Shown here piece by piece: positions 57,021 through 64,000 of a stretch of 64,000 nucleotides of DNA (positions are counted from its first letter, which is position 1; every line of letters starts with the position of its first letter). This DNA comes from Planctomycetaceae bacterium UBA6172 (GTDB lineage: Bacteria > Planctomycetota > Planctomycetia > Pirellulales > Pirellulaceae). The DNA is taken from positions 18,745-82,744 of the forward strand of contig DITY01000230.1 of the NCBI GenBank assembly GCA_002422955.1, in the 5' to 3' direction. The notes beneath the pieces are model-generated. The model was not told the origin of the DNA and made no database searches. It worked only from the letters and a program-made list of their open reading frames with translations. Position numbers and translations under genes: made by a program.

Positions 57021-58678
57021 GGTATCGGTTCCGAGCTAACGGAGACGGGTTGGGGCTGAGGCATTGCCGCCGGTTTCGTCTCTTCTTTATGAAGTTTGTA
57101 CTCGACGGCGTCGACCAACGCCTGCCAACTGGCCTCGATCACATTTTCGCTAACGCTGGTCGTACCCCACGATTCCTGATGGTCGCAGCTTTCGATGTTG
57201 ACCCGAATCGCCGCCGCCGTACCTGCCCCGGAATCGACCACGCGAACCTTGTAGTCGACCAATCGCATTTCCGAAAGCGAAGGGTAAATGGGTTCCAGGG
57301 CCTTTCGCAGGGCTGCATCCAGCGCGTTGACCGGGCCATGGCCTTCGGCTGCGTCGAAAAACAGCGTGTCACCGATGCGCAATTTGATGATCGCCTCGGC
57401 ATAGACTTGGCGGGCGGGGGCGTCGCGATCACCCGCCACGATGCGGTATTTGACGGGTGTGAAGTGCGGGTGATACGAACCCGCCACTTTCCGTACGAGC
57501 AAATCGAATGAAGCGCCTGCGGATTCGAATTGGTACCCTTGGTTCTCGAGACGCACCACTTCCGCGAGGATCGCGTCCATCAGGGCACGATTTTCAGCCA
57601 GGTTGTGGTGGGCGGTTACCGCCGCGATGTTGCTCCGGCCGCTCAGTTCGCTGACCAAGATGCGTCGTTCATTGCCCACCAAAGTCGGATCGATGTGTTC
57701 GTAGGTTCGAGCCGCTTTGTTGACGGCGTGTACGTGCATCCCGCCTTTGTGGGCAAAGGCGCTTTGGCCAACGAACGGCTGACTGCCACGCCACTGCAGA
57801 TTTGCGGTTTCGTAGACATACCGGCTGAGTTCGGTAAGCGATTCCAGTGACCCGCCGTGTAGTACTCGATAGCCGCGTTTCTTGAGACTCAGGTTGGCTA
57901 TGATCGAGATCAGGTCGACGTTGCCACAGCGTTCGCCGATTCCGTTGATCGTCCCTTGGACCTGGCCGGCGCCGGCATCCACCGCGGCCAAGGAATTGGC
58001 TACGGCCAAGTCGCCATCATTGTGGCAATGGATCCCGAGGGTCACGTCGTAACCAGAAATGGCTTGGCGGGCTAGCCGGACCAGGTCAGCGATTTCCTCG
58101 GGCAACGTGCCACCGTTGGTATCGCAAAGGACCAGGTGGGTCGCTCCAGACGACGCAGCCGCCACTAACGTTTTCGCGGCGAATGCCGGGTTCGCCTTCC
58201 AGCCATCGAAGAAGTGTTCGGCGTCGTAAATCACACGCCGACTGCGAGCCACGTATTCGACGCTCTCCCCGATCATCGCGAGGTTCTCTTCCAACGAAAC
58301 GCTGAGCACGTCCGTTACGTGATAGTCCCAGGTCTTGCCGACCAAGGTCACGACCGGTGTCTCCGCGGCGATCAGGGCTTTCATGCCGGGATCCGCTTCG
58401 GCGCGAAACGCCTTTCGCCGCGTCATGCCGAAAGCGCAGACCTGGCTGGATCCCAAATCGAACTGGCGGATCCGTTGAAAAAAGGCAACGTCTTTTTCGT
58501 TGGACAGCGGGTAGCCGCCTTCGATGAAGTCGATCCCGATTTCGGCCAACCGCCGCGCAATGTTGAGTTTGTCCTGCAGCGAAAAACTAATCCCCTCCCC
58601 TTGGCTGCCGTCGCGCAAGGTAGTGTCGTAGATCTCGACTGCTCGTTCATCGTTTTGAAGACTGCTTGCTGGTTTCAT
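57017..58678 (-). CDS. cimA: citramalate synthase (LeuA/CimA family, TIGR00977-like)
   Basis: IYDTTLRDGSQGEGISFSLQDKLNIARRLAEIGIDFIEGGYPLSNEKDVAFF; HCHNDGDLAVAN; C-terminal LeuA-dimer regulatory domain; 553 aa. Confidence 0.85.
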   Translation of the reverse strand: MKPASSLQNDERAVEIYDTTLRDGSQGEGISFSLQDKLNIARRLAEIGIDFIEGGYPLSNEKDVAFFQRIRQFDLGSSQVCAFGMTRRKAFRAEADPGMKALIAAETPVVTLVGKTWDYHVTDVLSVSLEENLAMIGESVEYVARSRRVIYDAEHFFDGWKANPAFAAKTLVAAASSGATHLVLCDTNGGTLPEEIADLVRLARQAISGYDVTLGIHCHNDGDLAVANSLAAVDAGAGQVQGTINGIGERCGNVDLISIIANLSLKKRGYRVLHGGSLESLTELSRYVYETANLQWRGSQPFVGQSAFAHKGGMHVHAVNKAARTYEHIDPTLVGNERRILVSELSGRSNIAAVTAHHNLAENRALMDAILAEVVRLENQGYQFESAGASFDLLVRKVAGSYHPHFTPVKYRIVAGDRDAPARQVYAEAIIKLRIGDTLFFDAAEGHGPVNALDAALRKALEPIYPSLSEMRLVDYKVRVVDSGAGTAAAIRVNIESCDHQESWGTTSVSENVIEASWQALVDAVEYKLHKEETKPAAMPQPQPVSVSSEPIP

Positions 58679-58702
58679 CGAGGTGTTTGCACGGAAAGGC
58701 GG

Positions 58703-58743
58703 CTAAATAAAAATCCCCCGGGGCGGAGGCGGCCTCGGGGGAT
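58703..58743 (-). terminator. intrinsic terminator inside the cimA leader (candidate attenuator)
   Basis: The minus-strand RNA reads AUCCCCCGAGGC-CGCCUCC-GCCCCGGGGGAU. This gives 8 bp, one A.C mismatch and 3 more bp around a 7-nt loop (58743->58713). UUUUAUUUAG follows (58712->58703). The structure ends about 25 nt before the cimA ATG. Confidence 0.6.
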
Positions 58744-58995
58744 AAATGATGTTCGATTTCTGTCCGGCCCTGCGGAACCGCTACTTAAAGCTTCACGCAC
58801 GGTGCCGATTGGGGTGGGTGCCGCCGAATGATTTATCTCCTCCACTTTTCCCCCACCGCAAACCCTATCCCCCGGATTGGGTCTGTTGCCGGAAAGCGGA
58901 GCCGGTAATCCGCGAGAAAAAATGGCAGGGGAGCATGCGAAATCCGCGTCGGGATGTGGGCGATAGACGATAAAACACGCGCAGACGTCCGCCTG

Positions 58996-59023
58996 ATGAT
59001 AAGTTTAGCTCCCCAGTTGTCAA
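58996..59023 (-). promoter_or_regulatory. sigma-70-like promoter candidate for the cimA-valS leader
   Basis: On the minus strand: TTGACA (59023->59018), a 16-nt spacer, then TATCAT (59001->58996). Planctomycete promoter rules are poorly known, so this is only a consensus match. Confidence 0.4.
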
Positions 59024-59248
59024 TGCGAAACGGCGGACCGTTGTTCACCTGGTACTGTCGGCGAGCCTGGCGAAACGCTTAGCGGCATCCGTCTTCCTCG
59101 AGTAGTTGCCTCTGGTTTGGCAGCTTCCGATTGGAAAAGGTGGCAGTCCTTTCCGCTCGATCGGAAAGGGCGTCAGGTCGCGAAATTTGGGCCGAGTGGA
59201 GCTGAGCAGATTCCCGACGACTACCTCCGCCCTGTCAGTCGCCGCGCG

Positions 59249-60661
59249 TTAGAACAACGCCGAGATCGGCCGCCCGTCAGCCATGAGATGGTAAGGGCGT
59301 CCCTGCGGGTCGATCATCTCCAGGTTTTCGATGCCCATTGCCTGGTAGACGGTTGCGGCAACGTCGCTAGGCGTGACCGGATTGTCCGCGGGATATTCGG
59401 CGAAGCGATCGCTGGAGCCATAAGTTTGGCCGCCGCGGATTCCACCGCCAGCGAGTAGGTCGGTGAGGCAGTGGGTCCAGTGATCGCGGCCGGCGCCGCT
59501 TTCGCCTCCACTGCGAGGATCGCCGATTTTTGGCTTGCGTCCCATTTCGCTTGTCACCATGACCAGGGTTTGGTCGAGCAGGCCGCGCTGGGCGAGGTCT
59601 GCTATCAGGGCCGAATAGCAGCGATCGAACTCCGGCAGCAAATCCTCTTTGAGGCAAGTGAAATTGTTTCCATGCGTGTCCCAACCGCCGCCGCTGGCAC
59701 ACTTCTTGTTGAGCCGTTCCGGATCGCCTCGCCAGAAGACGGTGATAAACGGGACGCCGGCTTCGACCAGTCGTCTGGCCACCAGCAGGCTCATCCCGTT
59801 GACCGTTTCTCCGTAGCGTTGCCGGACGGTTTCGGATTCCTGGGACACGTCGAACGCTTGAGTCGTATCCGCGGAAAGGAGCAGCGATAAGGCTCGCTGC
59901 TGGTGAGCATTCCAGGTCCGCGGGCCGGCAAACGATTCGAGCATGCGGCGGTCTGCGTTCAAGCGATCCAGGAGTGATTTCCTGCTCGTCAGGCGATTGA
60001 GATTGACGGATTCGTTGAGTGCGAGTGCGGGCACCTGGAACTTGAGCGGATTTTTGGAGTCGCCTTCGACGTACAGCGGATCGTGTTGTAGGCCGAGGCG
60101 GGCAGCAAATTGTCCCGGTCGAGTGTATGCCGGAGCCCCTTCCTTCTGTGGGAGCGTGATGAAGTTGGGCAGCGAGGCATGGCGAGGTCGCTTGGCTGCG
60201 ACTACCGATCCGATACTGGGCCAATCGTCGGCATAGGGTGTCCGGTTGTTGCCCAGTGAAAGGAACGTCGGGTCGGGGACGTGACCGGTCAGGTTGTAGT
60301 AATAGCCCGCATGGTGGTCATTGGTGTTCACGCTGCCAGCGACGCTATTGATGACCGCCAAGTGATGGGCTTGCTGAGCGAGTAGAGGCAGGTGCTCGCA
60401 AAGCCGAATGGTGGGTGCGGTTGTCGCGATCGGTTTGAAGGGGCCACGATATTCCGCAGGCGCGTCGGGCTTCATATCCCACAGGTCGATGTGCGAAGCG
60501 CCTCCGCTGAGGAAGAATAAAATCGTCGACTTCGCTTGGCCGCCGATTTTCGGCGAAGCAGCGAAGCCGCTTGCGGCAGGTGTAGCAAGCCCGAGTGCGG
60601 ACGCGACCAAAAAATCGCGTCGCGGGAAGGCGGCTTTTCCCAGAGATTCTGTAGGTTGCAC
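59249..60661 (-). CDS. DUF1501 domain protein, Tat-type signal, with no adjacent PSCyt/PSD partner
   Basis: FPRRDFLVASALGLA signal; LFFLSGGASHIDLWDMKPDAP; TSEMGRKP; GRDHW. The upstream gene on this strand is sucD, not a PSD1 gene. Confidence 0.85.
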   Translation of the reverse strand: MQPTESLGKAAFPRRDFLVASALGLATPAASGFAASPKIGGQAKSTILFFLSGGASHIDLWDMKPDAPAEYRGPFKPIATTAPTIRLCEHLPLLAQQAHHLAVINSVAGSVNTNDHHAGYYYNLTGHVPDPTFLSLGNNRTPYADDWPSIGSVVAAKRPRHASLPNFITLPQKEGAPAYTRPGQFAARLGLQHDPLYVEGDSKNPLKFQVPALALNESVNLNRLTSRKSLLDRLNADRRMLESFAGPRTWNAHQQRALSLLLSADTTQAFDVSQESETVRQRYGETVNGMSLLVARRLVEAGVPFITVFWRGDPERLNKKCASGGGWDTHGNNFTCLKEDLLPEFDRCYSALIADLAQRGLLDQTLVMVTSEMGRKPKIGDPRSGGESGAGRDHWTHCLTDLLAGGGIRGGQTYGSSDRFAEYPADNPVTPSDVAATVYQAMGIENLEMIDPQGRPYHLMADGRPISALF

Positions 60662-60727
60662 GGATCAGACCCCCAGAGACTTTGGTGCATCATCCCCGGC
60701 AACCAACTGGCTGAGCGGTGACGATGT

Positions 60728-61606
60728 CTAGCTTTTCTTTTGCATCGCTTGGACAACGGCTTCCGCCATTTTAGCCGGCGTGGGGGCGACCACGATACCC
60801 GCGGCTTCGAGTGCCGCAACTTTTTCCCCGGCGGTACCTTTGCCACCGCTGATGATCGCTCCGGCATGGCCCATGCGCTTTCCGGGGGGGGCTGTACGTC
60901 CAGCGATGAATGCTGCTACCGGCTTGGTAACATGCTCCTGGACGAAGGCGGCTGCCTCCTCTTCTGCCGATCCGCCGATTTCACCGATCATCAGGATCGC
61001 CTCGGTCTGATCGTCCTCTTGAAAGCGGGCGAGCAAGTCGATGAAGGAAGTGCCGACGATCGGGTCTCCACCGAGACCGACGCAGGTGCTTTGACCAAGC
61101 CCCAGATTGCTCGTTTGCCAAACGGCTTCGTAAGTCAGGGTGCCACTGCGGCTCATGATCGCAATCTTGCCCGGTTGATGAATGTACCCTGGCATGATGC
61201 CGATCTTGCACTGCCCTGGCGTGATGATACCGGGGCAGTTTGGCCCGATCAGGATGGAGTCGCTGGCCTTGACGGCGCGGTAGACACGAACCATGTCCAG
61301 GACGGGTACGCCTTCGGTGATCGCGCAGATCACTCGGATGCCGGCATCGATCGCTTCTAGGATCGCGTCAGCCGTGAACGGAGCTGGCACAAAAATCATC
61401 GTGGCGTCAGCGCCGGTTTGGGCTACCGCTTCTTCGACTGTGTCGAAGACGGGTAAGCCGTCGAAAGATTGGCCTCCCTTTCCGGGGGTAACCCCGCCAA
61501 CCATTTGCGTGCCGTAATCACGACAGCCTCGGGTATGGAATGCGCCGGCGTTGCCGGTGATGCCTTGGCACAGAACACGGGTGTTGCGGTCAACGAGAAT
61601 GGACAT
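60728..61606 (-). CDS. sucD: succinate--CoA ligase subunit alpha
   Basis: [17 protein letters not shown], and [14 protein letters not shown] with the phosphohistidine; 292 aa. Confidence 0.96.
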   Translation of the reverse strand: MSILVDRNTRVLCQGITGNAGAFHTRGCRDYGTQMVGGVTPGKGGQSFDGLPVFDTVEEAVAQTGADATMIFVPAPFTADAILEAIDAGIRVICAITEGVPVLDMVRVYRAVKASDSILIGPNCPGIITPGQCKIGIMPGYIHQPGKIAIMSRSGTLTYEAVWQTSNLGLGQSTCVGLGGDPIVGTSFIDLLARFQEDDQTEAILMIGEIGGSAEEEAAAFVQEHVTKPVAAFIAGRTAPPGKRMGHAGAIISGGKGTAGEKVAALEAAGIVVAPTPAKMAEAVVQAMQKKS

Positions 61607-61667
61607 GGGGGCTAATCTGCTGGGGGATCGATGTAGGATGGAACGGCGCGAGCCTAAGGCATGCTGC

Positions 61668-62861
61668 TTAGGCTTTCCCGGCGGCTGCGGCGACGATCTT
61701 TTCCGCCGCTTCGGTCAAGTCGGCCGCGGTGATGACGTTGACGTCGCTTTCCTCGAGCATCTTGCGACCTTCCTTCACCTCGGTCCCTTCGAGTCGGACG
61801 ACCAAGGGGACTTGGAACCCGACCTCTTTGCTCGCTTCGATGATCGCGGTCGCGATCGTGGTGCAGCGGGCAATCCCACCGAAGATGTTGACCAGCACCC
61901 CTTTGCAATTCGGATCCGACAGCAGGATCCGGAAGGCTTCGGTCACCTGAGCGGTGTTGGCCCCGCCTCCGACATCAAGGAAGTTGGAAGGCTGGCCGCC
62001 GTGGTACTTGATGATGTCCATGGTGGCCATCGCAAGCCCGGCCCCGTTCACCAAGCAGCCGATGTTGCCTTCCAGTTGGACGTAGCTGAGGCCTGAATCG
62101 GCAGCACGCAATTCGTTCGGATCCTCCTCGTTCAAGTCACGCAGCGGTTTGATGGTCGGGTGGCGGAAGAGCGCGTTGTCATCGAACGTGACCTTGGCAT
62201 CCAACGCGATCATCTTCCCGTCCTCGGTGATGACCAGAGGGTTGATCTCCGCCAGGGAGCAGTCGTGATCGACGAAGAATCGGCAGGCCGCTTTCATGAA
62301 GCTGTCCGCAGCCTTTGCCGCGGCACCCTCGATGCCAAGCTTTTTGCAGAGTTTGCGGACCTGAAAGCTTTCCAAGCCGACAGCCGGATCGAAGTGTTCC
62401 TTGAGAATCAATTCGGGCGATTCCTCGGCCACTTTTTCGATTTCGACCCCCCCTTCGGAACTGACCATCAGGACCGGCATCGCAGCAGCGCGGTCGAGTA
62501 CGATCCCGAGATACAGTTCGCGGGCGATCGCACAGCCCTGTTCGACAAAGACTTGGTTGACGGTTTGACCCTCGGACCCGGTCTGAATCGTTACCAGTTT
62601 CTTGCCCAGCAGTCCCTCGGCCACTCCCGCCGCCTCTTTGGAAGAACGGACCAGGACCACCCCTTTTTGCGCAGGATTGTCGATGACGCTGCCTTTGCCG
62701 CGACCACCAGCATGGATCTGTGCCTTGACGACGGCGAGCGGGCTGCCCAATTTGTCAAAGGCTTCCGAGGCTTCTTGAGGCGAGCGAGCGACAAATCCCT
62801 GCAAGACGGGGACGCCGGCGGCACGGAACAGTTCCTTGCCCTGGTATTCGTGAATTTTCAT
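61668..62861 (-). CDS. sucC: succinate--CoA ligase (ADP-forming) subunit beta
   Basis: [19 protein letters not shown]; ATP-grasp domain; [18 protein letters not shown]; 397 aa. Confidence 0.96.
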   Translation of the reverse strand: MKIHEYQGKELFRAAGVPVLQGFVARSPQEASEAFDKLGSPLAVVKAQIHAGGRGKGSVIDNPAQKGVVLVRSSKEAAGVAEGLLGKKLVTIQTGSEGQTVNQVFVEQGCAIARELYLGIVLDRAAAMPVLMVSSEGGVEIEKVAEESPELILKEHFDPAVGLESFQVRKLCKKLGIEGAAAKAADSFMKAACRFFVDHDCSLAEINPLVITEDGKMIALDAKVTFDDNALFRHPTIKPLRDLNEEDPNELRAADSGLSYVQLEGNIGCLVNGAGLAMATMDIIKYHGGQPSNFLDVGGGANTAQVTEAFRILLSDPNCKGVLVNIFGGIARCTTIATAIIEASKEVGFQVPLVVRLEGTEVKEGRKMLEESDVNVITAADLTEAAEKIVAAAAGKA

Positions 62862-63060
62862 AACCGATAACGGGCCTTGCGGAATGTCTGCGAAAAACGT
62901 TCGACTGAAGAAGCCGAATTATAGAAGCGGGTTCAAGGTCCCGTAAGGTGAGTCTCGGGGTGACGTCATTTTGTCGCACCTGGCCCAGCAATCCTCGTCG
63001 GCACTCGCCCCCGATCTGCTTCTTTGTCCCCACCAACCACACGTCCAACGGTCCTGAGCG

Positions 63061-64000
63061 ATGTCGCCATCCGAAAATCCGAGTTCGCAGCCAGTCCCTC
63101 ATCCGTTCCCTGGCGGTCAATCGGGGCCGTCTGCCCCGCCCGTGGTCTTGCTGAATACGAACGACCAGGTGGCGATCGCGGTGCGGCCGCTGGAGGTTGG
63201 TCAGGAGTTTCGGATCGGCGCGACCGTCGTTCGGGTTGTTGACCCGATTCCTGCCGGCCACAAAGTGGCGATCCGCGGGATCCATGAGAGGGAAGCGGTG
63301 TTCAAGTATGGCCAACCGATCGGCAAGGCGACCAGCCCGATCGCCATGGGGTGTCACGTTCATTCACACAACCTCGGAGACGATCATCAGTCACTGAGCG
63401 TTGCCATTGCGACATCCCCTCCCCCACCCCCGAAGCCACTGAAACGGACCTTCGAGGGATTTGTCAGGCCCGATGGGCGTGTCGGAACACGGAATTATGT
63501 CTGCCTGGTTTCGACGGTCAATTGCAGCGCCACGGTGTGCCGCATGGTGGTTGCCAAGTTTGATGCGGAGCGGATGAAGCGTTGGCCGAATGTCGATGGC
63601 ATATTCGCCGCGACGCACACCACGGGGTGCGGGCTAGCCTACGGTTCGCTCAAGCATCAGATGCTCGGACGCACGTTGGCCGGATACGCCAAGCATCCGA
63701 ATGTGGGAGCTTCCTTGATCGTCGGTCTGGGCTGTGAACAGACCACAGCAGCTTATTTGGCGGACGATCACCAAATTGTCCCGATCACGACCACCGACGA
63801 TCGACCGCTGCTCCGCAAAGGCTCCACGCCGGTGATGACTATGCAGCAGATGGGGGGAACAAGAGCCTCGGTCCTCAAGGCTGAGAAGTGGGTCGAGACG
63901 CTCCTCGATCAGGCGAATCAGGCGACCCGAACAACCGTTGACGCTGCCCATTTAAGTTTAGCCCTCGAATGTGGCGGTTCCGACGGTTATTCGGGGATTA
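63061..64000 (+). CDS. UxaA-family hydro-lyase (altronate/galactarate dehydratase-like), 3' end outside the window
   Basis: This is not in the ORF track because no stop is reached. The frame from the ATG at 63061 reads MSPSENPSSQ...VVLLNTNDQVAIAVRPLEVGQEF...IPAGHKVAIRGI (SAF domain). It continues TRNYVCLVSTVNCSATV...THTTGCG...VGLGCEQ...LALECGGSDGYSGI (dehydratase domain). Confidence 0.85.
   Translation, partial: MSPSENPSSQPVPHPFPGGQSGPSAPPVVLLNTNDQVAIAVRPLEVGQEFRIGATVVRVVDPIPAGHKVAIRGIHEREAVFKYGQPIGKATSPIAMGCHVHSHNLGDDHQSLSVAIATSPPPPPKPLKRTFEGFVRPDGRVGTRNYVCLVSTVNCSATVCRMVVAKFDAERMKRWPNVDGIFAATHTTGCGLAYGSLKHQMLGRTLAGYAKHPNVGASLIVGLGCEQTTAAYLADDHQIVPITTTDDRPLLRKGSTPVMTMQQMGGTRASVLKAEKWVETLLDQANQATRTTVDAAHLSLALECGGSDGYSGI

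Noticed and set aside
58744-58995. I looked for a T-box or a classic Ile/Leu/Val leader peptide in the cimA-valS leader.
   Set aside because: There is no AGGGUGGNACCGCG-like T-box sequence next to the terminator. The only small ORF (58936->58865) has no run of branched-chain codons. The leader is kept as an unclassified terminator/antiterminator candidate.
1-64000. I looked across the whole window for CRISPR arrays, tRNA/rRNA/tmRNA/RNase P/SRP RNA genes, IS elements, integrases and toxin-antitoxin pairs.
   Set aside because: I found no direct-repeat arrays, no tRNA-like T-arm/acceptor motifs in intergenic regions, and no transposase or integrase ORFs. The large intergenic gaps did not match the conserved cores of RNase P, tmRNA or SRP RNA by eye. 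This was a visual scan only, so a covariance-model search could still find small RNAs.

Overview
This is a GC-rich chromosomal segment whose gene content is typical of Planctomycetota (Pirellula-like). I support about 48 protein-coding genes. I see no rRNA, tRNA, CRISPR array, transposase, integrase or prophage signature. Lineage-specific 'known-unknown' families are dense: three DUF1501 genes, two PSCyt/PSD1 (DUF1549/DUF1553) genes, a DUF1592-family/DUF1552 pair, a PVC-type heme-binding dehydrogenase-like protein, and SHD1 and PEGA domain proteins. These are interleaved with housekeeping genes: rpsM-rpsK-rpoA-rplQ, folA, glutamate dehydrogenase, sucCD, cimA-valS, and an MlaEFD-like transporter downstream of a sigma-54 activator. 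There is also a flagellar rotor/export cluster, fliF-fliH-fliI-fliJ. The observations most worth a second look are these. (1) A single ORF fuses FliF to a FliG-like module, with no separate fliG. (2) A secreted, probably disordered protein carries ten D[DE]LF motifs and a C-terminal SHD1 domain. (3) A roughly 310-nt leader with an intrinsic terminator and a possible antiterminator sits in front of a translationally coupled cimA-valS operon and matches no riboswitch or T-box I recognise. (4) A tightly coupled four-gene operon runs PSCyt/PSD1, DUF1501 and two amidohydrolases. All calls come from reading the sequence and the ORF translations by eye. No database or HMM search was run, and start codons are my best choice among in-frame candidates.
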